Shown here piece by piece: positions 11,157 through 25,421 of a stretch of 64,000 nt of DNA (its first letter is position 1; each line of letters begins with the position of its first letter). Under the pieces are notes generated by a model. That model saw only the letters and a list, made by a program, of their open reading frames with translations, searched no databases and was not told where the DNA came from. Where the stretch lies: contig CP145417.1 in the NCBI GenBank assembly GCA_036867785.1, positions 558,001 through 622,000 of the forward strand. The letters are read 5' to 3'. The position numbers were made by a program, and so were the translations under genes. This stretch comes from Plasmodiophora brassicae. Taxonomy: Eukaryota.

Positions 11157-14100
11157 ATGACGACGGCGGGTGCTGCAGAGAAACGCGTTCGCGAGGTCCT
11201 GCCGGCCGGCGTGAAGCCGGTGCATTACGAGCTGTGTCTGGAGCCGGATCTGGCGACATGCACGTTCAAGGGCACCTGCGCGGTGGTCGTGCTGGTGACG
11301 TCGGATACGAATACCGTTGTCATGAATGCGCATGAGCTGAAGGTTCAGTCTGTGACTGTCGACGCCTCGGGGATTACTGCCCAGTCGTTCCCTGTCGACG
11401 ATAAGCTTCAGACGCTGACGATCAAGTTCAACAAGCCGCTTCCGCATGGCAAATCCAAAATGTACACCTGATGCGTCTGGTCGGTTACTGGTTATCAACA
11501 GTTGATTCTGTTTCAGAAACATTGAGTACACGGGCATCCTGAACGACAAGATGTGTGGGTTTTATGCAAGCAAGTACGAAAAGGATGGTGTCCAGAAGAC
11601 CATGGCAGTGACTCAGTTTGAGGTACGTTGAACCGGGGTTCGATAATTTAATCTGAACGGATATGTAGGCCTGCGATGCGCGACGAGCACTTCCTTGCTG
11701 GGATGAGCCTAACCTAAAGGCGACGTTTGGTGTCAGCCTGATTGTCGACAAGGTTTTCTAATGTTCTCTTCTTGAGTTTGAAAATGTTGCTGACGGTATC
11801 CATGGTATAGGCATTGACTTCAGTCAGCAACATGCCCGAATCCTCTTGCACAGATGTCGGAGGCGGTAAAGTCAAGCGGACTTATGAGAACACGCCGATT
11901 ATGTCGACCTATCTGCTCGCATTTGTTATCGGCGAGTTTGATTCTCTGCACCAGGTTTGGTTTTAATGGATTTACACATCTTCCCTTCCTAATATTCCAT
12001 GTCAGACAACGCAAGATAAAGTCGCTGTTCGCGTTTTCACCCCAGTTGGTGCGAAGGCGCAAGGCGAGTTTGCATTAGAGGTCGCGGTTAAGTGTCTGGA
12101 CTTCTACAACAAGTATTTTGAAATTAAGTATCCGTTGCCGAAGGTTGGCCTTTCCCACACTTTCCAGAATTGATACTGACAGCACATGCAGCTGGACCTC
12201 CTTGCTATTCCAGATTTCTCTGCAGGTGCCATGGAAAAGGTACGCGTAATATTCGAGGCAATGTGACAATCCTAACAAACGTTGCTGTTCGATAGTCAGT
12301 GGAAGATTGCTGTACGTCTTGATGAAGCTCACTTGCTATCAGTTGGGGATGCGTAACGTATCGTTCGACTGCGTTACTCGTGGATCCTGCGAACTCGTCC
12401 ACGTCGACCAAACAGTGGGTAGCGCTAGTCGTCGCTCACGAGCTCGCACACCAGTGGTTTGGAAACGTAATGACGCCGTATGCTATTGGCGAATGATATG
12501 TCTCTGAACCAATGTCGCTTGACGCAGCTTGTCACAATGGATTGGTGGACCGATCTTTGGTTGAATGGTTAGCGGTGCACTTCCGAGAACGTACGCATCG
12601 TTTCATTTTCTGTGCAGAGGGATTCGCATCATGGGTTGAGTATCTCGCTGTTGACTACTTGTTCCCGGCATGGAAGATGTGGACACAGTTTATTTCGCAG
12701 GTGCAGATTGGCCGCCCGTTTACCCATCTGTTTGTGCGTTCTGACCAAATGTATAGGATATGTGCCGTGCACTTACCCTTGACGCCTTGTTGAGCTCGCA
12801 CCCAGTCGAAGTTCCCGTTTTCAAGGTGCTGCTTGCGTAGCGTCCTGATGCCGAATGTATAAGATGTTTCATGTAGGCTAGCGAGGTGGACGAGATCTTC
12901 GATCACATATCGTATTGCAAAGGCGGATCCATTATTCGTATGCTCGTCAATTACCTCGGAGAGGAAGCTTTTCGAAAGGGTATCATGTTAAGACGCTGGA
13001 AAATGCGCCAACTGATTAGCTGCCTTTCGCAGGAATGGTTTCGTACTTGAAGAAATTTGCTTACGGAAATGCCAGTACTAAAGACCTGTGGAATGCTCTT
13101 GGTGAGTCCTCCGGAAAGCCCGTTTCGTCTGTTATGGAGAAGTGGACGCAGACACAGGTCGGGTTTATGATGCATAAGTAATCCCGCGTTAAGCTGGATG
13201 GTGTCTTAGGGCTACCCTGTCGTGTACGTCGAGGAGGATGCTCAACACAAGGGTCATATTTTACTTCGCCAAGAGCGGTCAGTGGACTCTTTGCGTCCGA
13301 CAACACCCATTTAATGTGTGCAGATTCTTGGTCGATGGACCTGCAAAAGATTATGCTGACCAGACATGGCCCGTCCCAATAACGCAAGTAACAGGCCCTT
13401 CGACATCTGGTGCTCCTCCACCACTGCATCTCATGACAACGAAGACCTGTGGGTTCTTTGGCGTGTCCAAGGCTTTACTCTGACTGACAGCTTGGTAGGT
13501 TCATTGAAATGCGAAGTGAACGCGGTACCTTTCCTGAAACTTAACGCGAACCAGTGTGGTGTTTACCGTGTAAAATACTCTGCGCCGCTAATGGATAGGT
13601 TGATTGCTGCTATCAAGAATGGCCAACTTGATGTGCCTGCCGACAGGTACTCGCTCTTCCCTGTTACTAGGCAGTTATTGACCCGATAAACAGGCTGGGT
13701 ATTGAAAATGACGCCATTGCCCTTGCTCGCTGCGGGTTGGTCAGCACAAGCCAGGCAATGTCACTTCTGCTGTCGTACGTGAACGAAATGAACTTCACTG
13801 TTTGGGACGACATCGTCAAGAACAATTTGGGCGAAATGAAGTTGTACGTTCGGAATTGATTGCGTGTTCGCCATTTGCGAATGTAGACGTCGTTGACTAC
13901 TATTTCGTAGGCTTCTAATGCTCCATGAGTCCATTTACACCAAGTTTAAGCTGTTCGCTTGTGATGTACTCCGGAAAGTTGGCACCTCTGTCGGATGGGA
14001 TGCCAAACCGACAGACGATCACCTCACGTCTCTCCTGCGTAGCCTCGTCATTCCCAAGCTCGGTCTGTATGGATTTGGCAACATCAGCTGCTTAATTCTA

Positions 14101-14890
14101 ATCCAAGGTTCTAGGAAGTTACGGTGACCGCGACACGATTGCGGAAGCTTGTAAACGCTTCGATGCTTTTGTAGCGTCGGGCTTCAAGTCTGGATTAATT
14201 CCTGATCTCCGTACTGGGGTTTACAGTATCGTTCTTGCGGAGCGTGGCAAAGAAGCATACGACACGCTCTTGAAGCTCTATCGAACGACAACCTTCCAGG
14301 AAGAGAAGGTATTCCCGTAACTATTGGCGGTACTTGAGTGATAATGAGTGATCGTCAACGCAGGTGCGTGTCCTTTCTGCTCTCGGCAGCGCGAAGGACG
14401 AAAGCCTGCTTAAGGAGGCCCTCGCGTTCTGCTTCACCCCAGATGTTCGTAAACAGGTACGTTGAAGTTCAGTTATTCCACGGTTTAACAGCCGTTCCTG
14501 ACAGTTGATTCAGGATGTGATGTTTGTTCTTGGCGGTGTCTCGGTGAACCCGAAAGGAGTCGAGTTAGCCTGGAAGTGGCTACAAACGAACTGGGACACG
14601 ATCCGTGATAAGTTCTCCTCGGGCTTTACCTTGAGTCGCCTTGTATCGTACGCGACTAAGCATTTTACGTCTCGCGACAAGGCGAAGGAGGTAACCATAT
14701 ATGCTGTTAGATGACCGTCCCTCAAAGTAATTTTCGGCTTCTGCAGATTCAGGACTTCTTCGCCAAGAACGCAACACCTGGCGCGGAGCGGGCTGTTCAG
14801 CAAAGCGTCGAGACCATATTGTCTACCGCGACATGGCTGGAGCGCGATGCCGACGGAGTGAAAGCTTGGCTTGATGCCCGGTACGCTTAA
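11157..14890 (+). CDS. NPEPPS: Puromycin-sensitive aminopeptidase (peptidase M1), many short introns
   Basis: [61 protein letters not shown] (after splicing), [33 protein letters not shown]. Confidence 0.97.
12239..12342 (+). other. Putative [D1,2] stwintron: internal intron 12240-12295 inside the donor of a 48-nt external intron
   Basis: G|GTACGC..CTAAC..TAG|TCAGT: removing the internal intron creates donor GTCAGT; then GCTCAC..CAG. Two-step removal gives GAA AA|T TGG (E-N-W). Confidence 0.75.
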
Positions 14891-15347
14891 GTGCAATCCC
14901 CCGCCTCGTTGCCTCATATCACCGAAATCAAATGGTTTCAATACAGTTTTCGTGTTGTTTGATGCCAGCTTCTCCTTTCATTCATTCCGGTTAAGAGACC
15001 CCCAATGACTTGCACGCCTTCAGAGTACTGTTGACGTTGCGCGACTTGGTGGACACTGCAGGTCGGATCGATGAAGTTGGTCAGCGCATCACGAAGGAGG
15101 CGCCACACGCGGGTCGACGCGAGTCCGAGTCTGACTTCAGCGTCATATGTTTTGTGATGGGATCAGCCAAATGACGTCGGCGACGAGGCGCGCCATCGTA
15201 TCATGACGATTGGGCCGCACTCGACTGGACTTGAGATCCCGTATCAAATTGATGCGGCTACCAAACGGGATGTAGAGTACGTGTTGGTGCCGAGGTCGAT
15301 CTCAGCGACCTGCTCCGTCGCCTGCCGACACTTCCGAAGCGTACGCT

Positions 15348-15964
15348 GTGGATGTCAGCCGAGCAGGCCTGCGTGTTTCGGCTGCGGCCAGGGAACGGCG
15401 ATCGAACCACGACGACCATTTGCGCGCAGGATGGTCTGGTTTCCTCGCCTCATTGAGTGCCAGACTGCGCCCAGAGCAGACCGTGCCCAGCGCTCTGGTA
15501 TTGACAGCGTCCCGGCCCTCCCATCCGGCAGGCCGGACGCTCCCTCGAGCAACCTGGCAGAGCAGCGTGGGGACTTCCTTCGCGCGAGACCCGCCAGGGA
15601 TGCAAAGACGCAAGCACGCATTCCTGCTCTCCAGCGACGTGTTTATGGCGTCGCTCGACGGATCGATCCCGCTTCACCGTTGCGAGCGTCCATCCGTAAT
15701 TCAGCTCTGACGTCCTCCATGAGCTCGTTGACGCGCGGTGCCTTTCGCTTCCTTCGCCAGCATGGCTCCTGGCTTCAGGCGTCGGGTGATCGTTCGGACG
15801 CGTCCTCCCCTCCGCACCACCCATGTAGGGACGGTTGCCATGACCAAGGAGTAAGACCAGTCTACGTTCGCATGCCTTCCATAGACGTGTGCTCGGTGGC
15901 CCCGGTCCCTGATGGAGCAGGCTTTACTATCATACAAGTCGTTCGTTGGGCATCAATAAGTTAG
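15348..15964 (+). CDS. Possible hypothetical protein
   Basis: Overlapping ORFs in the gap before the VPS15 3' end; no motif recognised. Confidence 0.2.
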
Positions 15965-15984
15965 GCTACCGCATATTGGTGTGC

Positions 15985-18900
15985 TCATATCCAGGCTTTG
16001 ATCCGACCATCCCGACTGCAGGTGACCTAACGACGAGCTATGTGAGACACGTGGCTAACGCGCCTCACACGTGACGTACCAGCATCTTTTGGGGATACTG
16101 CATAGCGGCGAGATGGGTGATCACGTCACTGTGGGCAGTTGCTGTTGCAACTGGACCACGCCTTCGAGGCTTCAGAGCAGGTTGCTCAGGGGCGGGTCCA
16201 GACGTCAAGGATTCAATGGAGTCCTACGACGGCAAACCGCATCACACATCGTGGACATGCGTGGAAGCAGATAGCCCTACTTCGAAGACCGCAACGTCAT
16301 TCTGCATCCGGCCGCTGTACGACACAAACGAAGGTTGCACGGAATGCTGTCCGGAGATCAGGTACGAAGCACGCGGCTCGGCCAAATCCCAGAACATGAT
16401 CTGCCTGGACCAGGACGACGTAATGGCCCACGACCCGGGGCACAGCAGCGCGCCAGAGATACCGCGGTTACGTTGTCCCATAGGCCACAACCGTAACTCT
16501 TCGCTGATAGAGCCATAACTGGCGATGTCGGCTTCAAGGTGGGGAACAGGGCCTACGCACGGTTCAGTTGCAAGGCAGGCCTGCGCGCGACGCAAAGGGC
16601 ACCTGCTGAGTTCATATGGAATGACGCGCGAGCGTCGCCGGTGAACAGATCGAAAGCAGTTACGCTGTCGTCGGCATGCGTCCCAATGAATGCAACCGGT
16701 CCAACGTCGGGATGATGCAAAGGACTGCCGGGCGACACAACCGTTGTCGTTGGGAACGGCTGTAAACACGAGATCGGGGCGTGCGACGAATGACGCCACG
16801 ATTGCACAGGCTTGTGAAAACGAGCATCGAACTGACGCACTCGTAGGTCAGAAAGGGCGAAAACAGTCGAACACAGTGAGTCGCTGACAATGGTTACGAA
16901 TCCCCTGGCAGACCCTGTCAGGATAGAGTGCAAAGAGGGACCGATTCGCATATGCGTCAGGAGCCCGTGATGATCAGCAACTTCCATGGAGAACGCCGGT
17001 CGCCTCGAACGTAAATCCCATCCTTGGACGCGGCCAAGCTCGGACGCGAACACGACCAACGATTCCGATATGCGATTGCAATGCTGAACCGACACGACGC
17101 CACCTTCCCGTGGCTCGAGTTTCGCCAACACGGTTACGCCAACAAATCTGTCAACCGACCCGTCCTTCTTTGCAGTGAATTCTACGCGTAGTACCTGGAC
17201 GCTTCCTGGGCGGCGTCCAGTGTTAGAGCGCAACGTAACACCGAAATTGAGTGGCTGACCTGACGAAGAACCAACGGCGACCGAATGTGATGCATCGCAG
17301 ACACAAACACAATTGACTCCACCGTCCGGCATGTTGTAGATCAAGTGAGAAGACGAGGAGATGGATTTCTCCAGACGCGAGCAATCCCACACTCGAACGC
17401 AACCGTCAACGGAGCCAGCCACCATCAGCTGATTGTCACGGGACACGCTGATTTGGGATATGCTAGAGCGATGCTCGATAAGGTCGGCGACGAGAATGCC
17501 TTGCGGACGCCACGTATGCGGGTGTGCAACGACGCGGGTATCAAACGGTGGCCCATGGTTTCCGAAAGTCCACGACGTTGACAAAGACGCTGCATGAGGT
17601 TCTCCCAAATCCGGAGGTGGACTGGGAACCTCTAGTCCAAACGAAAGTCACGTGTCGCTGATAGTGGTCGCGGCAAGTCCTTACCTAGCGCAGTGCAAAC
17701 CGCAGGAGGAGCGAAGGATGCCGCCTGACGAACGACCGACTTGGACCCAGACGTTCCGGCGCTTTTCGTGGCCATTCTTCGCTATGGAGTAACACGCGTA
17801 AGAACAAACGCCCGTGTTTGCAAATCCCCACATACGAAGAACATTTCACGCAGGGACGGTAACTGGTCGTGCCGATATCCGCAACCGGGATAAGGCTTGA
17901 ATTGTAGCGCGTTACTGTTGCCATCTGGGAATGGGGTCAGCATCGAACAGAGTCCATAGGCCAAACGTGACTCCAACCTGGAACTGATACGTCGAGGTAG
18001 AAGTCAGCCGAGTGGACACCAGAATTGTCACCGGCAATATGCTCAAGCAATTGGACGGTACCAAGAGATTCGGGGACGGCGGCATCAACAACAATGGCTT
18101 GTCGGCACGATTCTGGAACAGTATGCTCCACTGCAATCGCATAGAGCTGGATGTCGTCATCCATGTTCGTGTACTTTAACAATGGGTCGGCTTCTGATTT
18201 CGCGTAAGCCGACAGCGCATTGTGCGAACGCTGTTGCCGAACTGTGTTCATCCCATTCAGGTGCGGCATCATTGCAGCGAGAATATGTTCCTCATCGTCG
18301 TCCTGATCATTGAGCGGGCTGCGAGATGAAAACGCTCTCCTGCTCAGAGGGCAACGCAAACTTTGGGACAACGTTTCCCTAGACAGTCTGTTAATCGTAT
18401 AGACCACAGTAAATGATGCCGCGTAAGCACAATACCGGTCCAAGGTATAGACTTCAGGTTCAGGACGAAGAAACGGACGGAGCCGAGAACCCAACAGACA
18501 GTATGCCTTGGCGGGGCCGAGTTGATCCGCAATTGCTGAGTAGAACCGAAGAGAGTGAATTCGGATCCATGTTGACGGATGGCAGAGTAGTGGAGTAACT
18601 CGGGTTGTGACATCAATCAGGAAATGCTGCTCGAAAAGCCGGAGCTCGATAGCCGCAACAAGAGCTTGCAAAGCGTATACGATAACAGTCTCCTCGGCAT
18701 CGAACAGCGCTTGCTCAATACAAGGCAGAAGGAAATTTTGAAATGCGACGCGCCCGACGAAAACAGCAATGCCAACAACGCTGTGAAAGAATGCTGCCCT
18801 TAACTGCCAGTCGCGATCATTGAGAACAGTAATCAACATGGGCAGAAGCCACGAATTACACCGCTCAGCCCCGAAGAAAACGCAGAGCTTTGCGATGTCC

Positions 18901-21224
18901 TTGAGTATTGCAATCTTCACTTTGCTGCTGGTCGTTGTTAGTGTATCACCAACGAGACGACACACGATGTTCTGCAGGGCCTGGTAAACGATATTTATCA
19001 TACAGGTTGATCACGAAATACTGTAGAGAGCAACCCACCTCTAGGTCATCGGTGTACGAGCCTTGAAACGGAACCATCGATACGGAATCCGAAGGTGATC
19101 CTCTTGGCTGCGTGAATGTTGATATATCAAGAAATTGCTTCGATATGTCAGCCAACGTGGGGAGGTTCTACAACGCGACATTGTGGAAGATGTTGATACC
19201 GTGTCAAAGATTGCGAACTGACCTCTGCCAGACTGATTCTCACAATCTCCTCGGAATCCTGCGGAAGCATAGACAATGACGGAAATATATATCTGACCAT
19301 AACAGTTAGGTCAAGCGTACAGCAATATCGTGCGAAACTGACTCAATGAAAATCTGCTTCTCGGATGGGCCCACCACAGTTATGAAGCCAAGGACCTTCG
19401 TCAGAATACGGACAGCCTCAGAACGTAGGAGCGCGCTACACTGCATCAGAACGGAAGATGGAGCATTGCCTGAAGACAGCTGACCTCGGATCCACAGACA
19501 TCGACATAACGAAAGGCACGATGCGTGACAATCGCGCTGCGTCCGACACGCCATACGAGAGCGATTCCAACATGTCAAGAGCCATCAGCTTGCAAGCAGG
19601 TGTGTTGACGTTTCGCATGCAAGCACAAACTACATATGTAGACATTTAGATGAAACTGAGAATACGGTTCAAGAGTACGTTTACCGAACGACACCAACGG
19701 AAGAAGAGCATCAGCAGTACCAGAGCCGCCTGAGGACGTGCTCTCTACAGTATCCAAGGATACATTTGATGTGTCTTCCGCTGGCCCCTCCCCGGTCTTA
19801 CGAGGGATGACATCAGGAGATTCCTCAGCAAGGCGCTTTCTCAGCGAAGTAATCTGGTCAAGGAGGATGGACAGGTCCGTTGTTGTAGGTACGGGACGGA
19901 CGTCGAGCGGCTTTACAGCTACCGAAGTCAAGTGTCAGATTTAGGACTCTGTTTTGAGTTATAGGACGTACGTGAAGGAGGGTGCGGGTTTTCATGAGAG
20001 ACAACTTTGGAGAGGGAGCAAGCTCGGCGGTTGGGAGTTATCGATTCGACCAGCGACGAAAAACGCGAATGGAGGTGAAGCAGTTTCTTGTCAGGCAACG
20101 CAAGATCCTCGTGCATGGTCTCCTCCATAAACGAATATAGCCGATCAAAGCAAGTGGGAAACATTAGGTCCTTGAACATCGTCAAGCACTCCGCTGCGGA
20201 TGGTCGCGAATGTGGTGACAACTGGATGCACTTCTGGATGAGGTCCCGCACGTGCACATTGCTGATTTTCGCCAACGTTGCACTGGGGTCGAACCTGTCC
20301 TCCTTGTAGAGTAGCAAATGCGTCAGGTCGAATATCGCTTCACCTTCCAGAAAGATTTCGGCAATAACACACCCGCAAGAAAACATGTCCATCGAGGGTT
20401 GCAGAACATCAGTAGATTGCGTCCTCTGCCGCACCGATGGAGAGAAGAACCTTTCATCAACGCTTAGAGCAGTGTGCAGACAGACAGTGTCAGCTGGCGT
20501 ACCGCTCAGGTGCAAGGTAACACCTTCGTCGTTGAGTCAGGCCGCGGCCAGCGTCGAAAAACGTGTAAAAGTCGTAAGGATTGTCATCCGGGATATAGAT
20601 GGGCTTGTAGAACGACGACAAATCCGCCAACACGAGCCAGTTGAACGAATTCACGAGAATATTCTCGGTCTTCAGATCGGAATGGCATAGACCGGCGCCA
20701 TGCAGTGTCGCAAGCGCTCTTAGGATGCAGTACACCATCCAAGCCTTCGGTTACGATCAGGACGCGGAAGGCATTACCCCATCCAACAAAGACCGACCTT
20801 CTCAGTGTCGGTCAGGAACGGCCGCATGTGAAGCCGTTCGTAGAGGCTGCAGGCAATATACGGGCGTACAAGGAATGCTGCCCGAGGCGTGATGTGCCAG
20901 GAGACGAACGGGAGCAAGCACGGGGACGCAGCACATCGATCAGCAACGTTCTGCAGTTCAGCCAAGTACGGGCGCAGGGCGAACGTCGGATCCCGTCGAA
21001 GATATACCTTGACAACAACCGTTCCTTGCGCGTGCAGGCACTCCACCGTCTTCAGAATCTACACCGGGTCGCGCGTCAGACCACACAGCCGTGCTGGGAA
21101 TGCGACCCCCGTGGACCTTGCCGCCGCCCAGGTTACGCCGAAAGCACAGCGTCGACACGAGCTCGAGCAGCAGCGACGGTAGGTCCTGCAGCGACCCGCC
21201 GCTGACGCCCAGCTGATTCCCCAT
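15985..21224 (-). CDS. VPS15: VPS15/PIK3R4 (kinase + HEAT + WD40), multi-exon
   Basis: MGNQL myristoylation start, SLYERLHMRPFL, HSDLKTENILV, LADLSSFYKP, RRRCYLAPER, LITVLNDRDWQLRAAFF, WRPQGILVA..EH, ends SRDGRIKAWI. Confidence 0.97.
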
Positions 21225-21578
21225 CGTGACACGCGGCTCACGCCATTGAACTCCGTGCAACACTCCGTTCTGCACCCAGCACGCACTGCAACGCACCGCA
21301 CCCCCGGGCCCCGGCCCCGGATCGTCTGCACGCCACCTACCTGCCGGAACGCCGGCCAGTCCAAAACGGCGCTGGCTAACGACCCACCGTTATGCGATTC
21401 CGAAGACGTTCTTGGTTGAACGGTACACACCCTGACAGCCGAATCCAGCAGTGGACGCAATACGCGAACGAGACTATGGGGCGCGCAATGACGACTTGTA
21501 AATCGACGACGGGTCGGGGGTGGGTGCCCCAGTCATCGCGCGGGCACGGCACAGTCCGGACCCCTCTGGAGTGGTGCA

Positions 21579-21601
21579 GGGGGGGGGGGGGGGGGGGGGG
21601 G
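21579..21601. repeat. Poly-G tract (23 G)
   Basis: Direct reading; lies between the divergent VPS15 and CLC starts. Confidence 0.9.
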
Positions 21602-21744
21602 CGGAAAAGGCGCGTGCGGCGGAGTGCTGAACGGTCACGTCACGTCACGTCCTCCTGTTTCGCAGTCTGCCATTGCCGGGCGAAGCTACACCAAACGGTG
21701 ACCCTGCGGCCCGTGACGCTGCACAGGCGTCTGTGCAACGGCGG

Positions 21745-24700
21745 ATGGTGCGTACGAAGAATGTGGACGTGCACCAGCGGGAGGCACTGTCGGCCCCGTT
21801 GCTGGCGAACGCGAATCGGGTGAGGGCGGCGGCCCCGGTCGTCCAGGGCATCGTGCGGCATATACGCGGGTCGGCAACGGCCACACCCACCAGCCCTTGC
21901 CATTTCGATAGCTTCGGTACGTTGGCCGTTCGCCGTTTGCGGGAATCATGTGCCGACGCGCGTGTTAGATTTCGAGGTCCCGAACTCCCTTGTGCGCCAG
22001 ACGTATATCAGGACCCGTTCGTCGTCCGATAGGCGGAACGAGATCCTGTGGCGTTGGATTATTACGCTCGCTATAGCGGCCTCGATGGCCGTGATTGCAT
22101 TCGCGGTCGGCTCGTCGATTAAGGCCATTGAATCTGCCAAATACCGTGCTGTAATGGTGTGCCCCTCCGCCGCCGTGGCTGACGAAACCGCTTTCTGAAC
22201 CTCTGCCTGTTTACAGAACCTTCTGGCTGCACGCAAGGCTCCTGTCGCTGCTCTTTTGACATACGTGTCTATCACCATCGGCCTGGCATCGGTGGCGGCG
22301 CTCGTCGTGGCACTGTACGAGCCAATCGCGGGGGGCTCGGGCATTCCTGTAATTGCTTCGCCCAGCATTACGGTCGTTGATAGAAACTAAATAGGACCAC
22401 ATCCAGGAGATCAAATGCATCCTGAATGGGCTCAAAATCCCTCGAGCAGTGCGGTTCCGGACGCTCTTTGCCAAAGCAATCGGTACCGGTGATGATCCAC
22501 CGTGTCAACGCCCTGTTCGTCATAGCGATTCGCAGGAATAACTGGTGCTGTATCTGCTGGGCTTCCCATTGGCCGAGAAGGCCCGATGATTCATATCGGG
22601 GCTGTCTGTGGTGCTGGTGTTTCACAGGTGTCACTCAGCCCGGTATCGCCACACAGCGCTGCGCTTACTTCAATGCAGGGGAAATCCACGACGATGGGTG
22701 TGGATACGAAGCTTGGGCTGTTCCGTCCGTTCCGGAATGATCGGTAAGCATTCTGCCCGCATTACATATCGCATCGCACAGTAATAATTACATTGGTGTC
22801 CGAAGGGAAAAGCGAGATTTCATTGCTTGTGGGGCGGCTGCAGGTGTCGCGTGTGCTTTTGGAGCTCCCGTTGGTGGGGTTCTATTCGCAATTGGTATGG
22901 CTGTGCTGTATCATTATGACCAGGGCCCTTGACGTTACGTGTAAAACAGAGGAAGGCGCTTCGTTCTGGAACCCGTCGTTAACTTTGCGCGCCTTCGTTA
23001 CTGCAATGACGTCAGCGTTCCTACTCAATCTCATGACGATGACCGCCGGTGGTGGCCCTGGTGCAGCATCAACCTTCGCATTTGGATTGTTCTCCGATTT
23101 TGGACAGAACGAATCCACCTATACGGTTGCTGAAATACCGTTCTTCATGCTCATCGGTAACGTCGTATCGTACTTGAACCGTATGCCAACTACATTGACA
23201 CTCGGACAGGCGTTTGTGGCGGGCTCCTGGGAGCTCTGTTCAATGATTGCAATCGAAAGCTGACAATCTGGAGGAAGGACCGCGTTAATTCGGTGGTGAC
23301 TAAGTTTGCGGAGGTGCTCATCCTTGCTGCCCTCATGGGTCTGCTTTCGATTGGCATGCCGCTCCTGTTTGCAAACTGTGTCAAAGATGAAACGATGATG
23401 CAAAAGCATTCCATTCGTTCTCATATTTGGGGGCAGCATCGCCTGTTAAATGCTCGTAGGCAATTTACATGTCCCGAGGTACGAACGTTTAAGACATGGG
23501 TCATGTCTCATGTCTCACAGAGGTTTAGGGGTACTACAGCCAGACTGCGACATTGTTCTTCAACCCAGCTGAATCGGCCATCATTAACCTGTTTCATGCG
23601 AATGAAACCTTTGGTTCGTTATCAGCAGAGTATCGGATCAAGTACACTGATGTTTCCGGCCAGATGTTGGTGCAACGGCGTTCTTCGTCGTCGTGTATTA
23701 TATGATGTGCTGCGTTTCGTATGGCATGTCAATACCTTCCGGGTTGTTTGTACCGAACCTCTTGGTCGGTGCGGGTTTCGGCAGGCTTGTACGTGTTCTG
23801 CTCAGCAAGTTTCTGCTTTGAAGATCTGACACGTACCGACAGGTCGGAGAATTTCTCCCATGGGTTCTACCGTTTGACGTTGTCAATCCTGGAACATACG
23901 CCCTGATCGGGGCTGCTTCCGTGCTCGGTATTGCCGTGGCCTTTGGCTACCTACTTATGTAGATCTGCTCCTGATACAATCCCATAGGCGGAATGGCACG
24001 GATGACTATATCGCTGACCGTCATTCTGATAGAAGCTACTGGCGACATCCAGTATGGTTTACCCTTAATGCTCGTATTGATGATCGCCAAAGGAGTTGGT
24101 GACTTCTTCAATGAGGGGCTGTATGACATCCACATCCATCTCAAGCGATTCCTATTTCTGAACTGGTCGCCTCCACCAATTGCTGAGTATCTACTTGCCA
24201 CTGTCGGTACGATACCGTGTCCAAGGTGCTGGCAACTGACACCACGCTGCAGGATATTATGGAACACAACGTGATCTTTGTTCGCGAAGTGCAACAAGTT
24301 CGCGAGATTCTTCGCGTTGTGAAGGAGACACCGCACAATGCTTATCCTGTCGTCTCCGCTTCGCGTCGCAATCCAAAGACGTTTGTTGCTGCCTCTGGGG
24401 ATGTCTTCCCAATCTGAGCACTTACCTCTGTTTCGCTAGGCGTGACCATCGTGGGTCCATCCTGCGTCGACATCTCATTCAAGTCCTTCTTCACAGTAAT
24501 CATGATCAACGAAGTGACGAAATTGACGTAACTGACATCCCTACCACCAGAGGACTTCTATTCCATGAGGCCGACACCTCACGAATCTAGCCCGCGTTTA
24601 ACTTATATGGATCTCGAGGGATGCTATCCAAGGTCTGCTACTTATCGTCGTCTCCGGAAAACTCTGATTCCCTGTCCAGGTTTCCAGACGTCTCTTCAGT

Positions 24701-25254
24701 GTCCCTCGACGATTCGGATCTTGACTTATGGGTGGATCTGACTGTATGTAAACGCTTTTCGTCCGAGCACCGTTGAACGTCAACTGACGTTCTTCCCACA
24801 GCCGTACATGAATCCATCGCCGTATGTTATCCAGGAGCACTCACCGGCAACCCATGCCTTCGATCTGTTCCGGACCATGGGTCTTCGGCACCTTTGGTGA
24901 GATTTGCTACCGACCAATACGGGCTGTCATACTCATTGTATGGTCGTGTAGTGTTGTCAACAACAAGAACCAGGTTCACGCGAACACTGGTACACAGTAG
25001 ACTAAACGCGGGTCTAATCGTGTGTGTGGTTGCAGATTACCGGTATGATAACGCGCAAGAACCTGGGCGATTGCCGCCTGCGGAGGCAGATGGACTCCCT
25101 TCTTGGCGTCCAGGCCACACAAACGTCGGACGGCAAGACGCCGAGCATCACCTGCACCCGACGCAGTCTGCCAGAGAACCAGCCGCCCGTGCAATCCCCG
25201 TACGCCTTCGTGAGGAATTTGGACCAGCAGTTTGCCCCGCATCCCATCGACTAA
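21745..25254 (+). CDS. CLC Cl-/H+ exchanger (CLC-6/7 or plant-like) with CBS domains, multi-exon
   Basis: After splicing: [16 protein letters not shown] (gating Glu), [20 protein letters not shown] (proton Glu), [44 protein letters not shown]; start 21745 inferred. Confidence 0.95.
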
Positions 25255-25421
25255 ACCGTATCCAATCCGCTGTCTTAACCGATGGGCGAAGATGCCCGTG
25301 TAATTCTGCCAGTACGGCGTGACCCCCTCTAGGGTGGGTCACCGGCTGTCAGAGGAGGTGGCTGCTGGGCCACTGCTCCCGACTGTCGGGGGATCACGTT
25401 GCCAGCACCCGGTCGGGGGGG

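Noticed and set aside
12296-12315. Micro-exon explanation of the GAMEN junction
   Set aside because: Candidates either frameshift or need a 27-nt intron and give GAMEKSVEDCCTWG, losing the conserved Asn.
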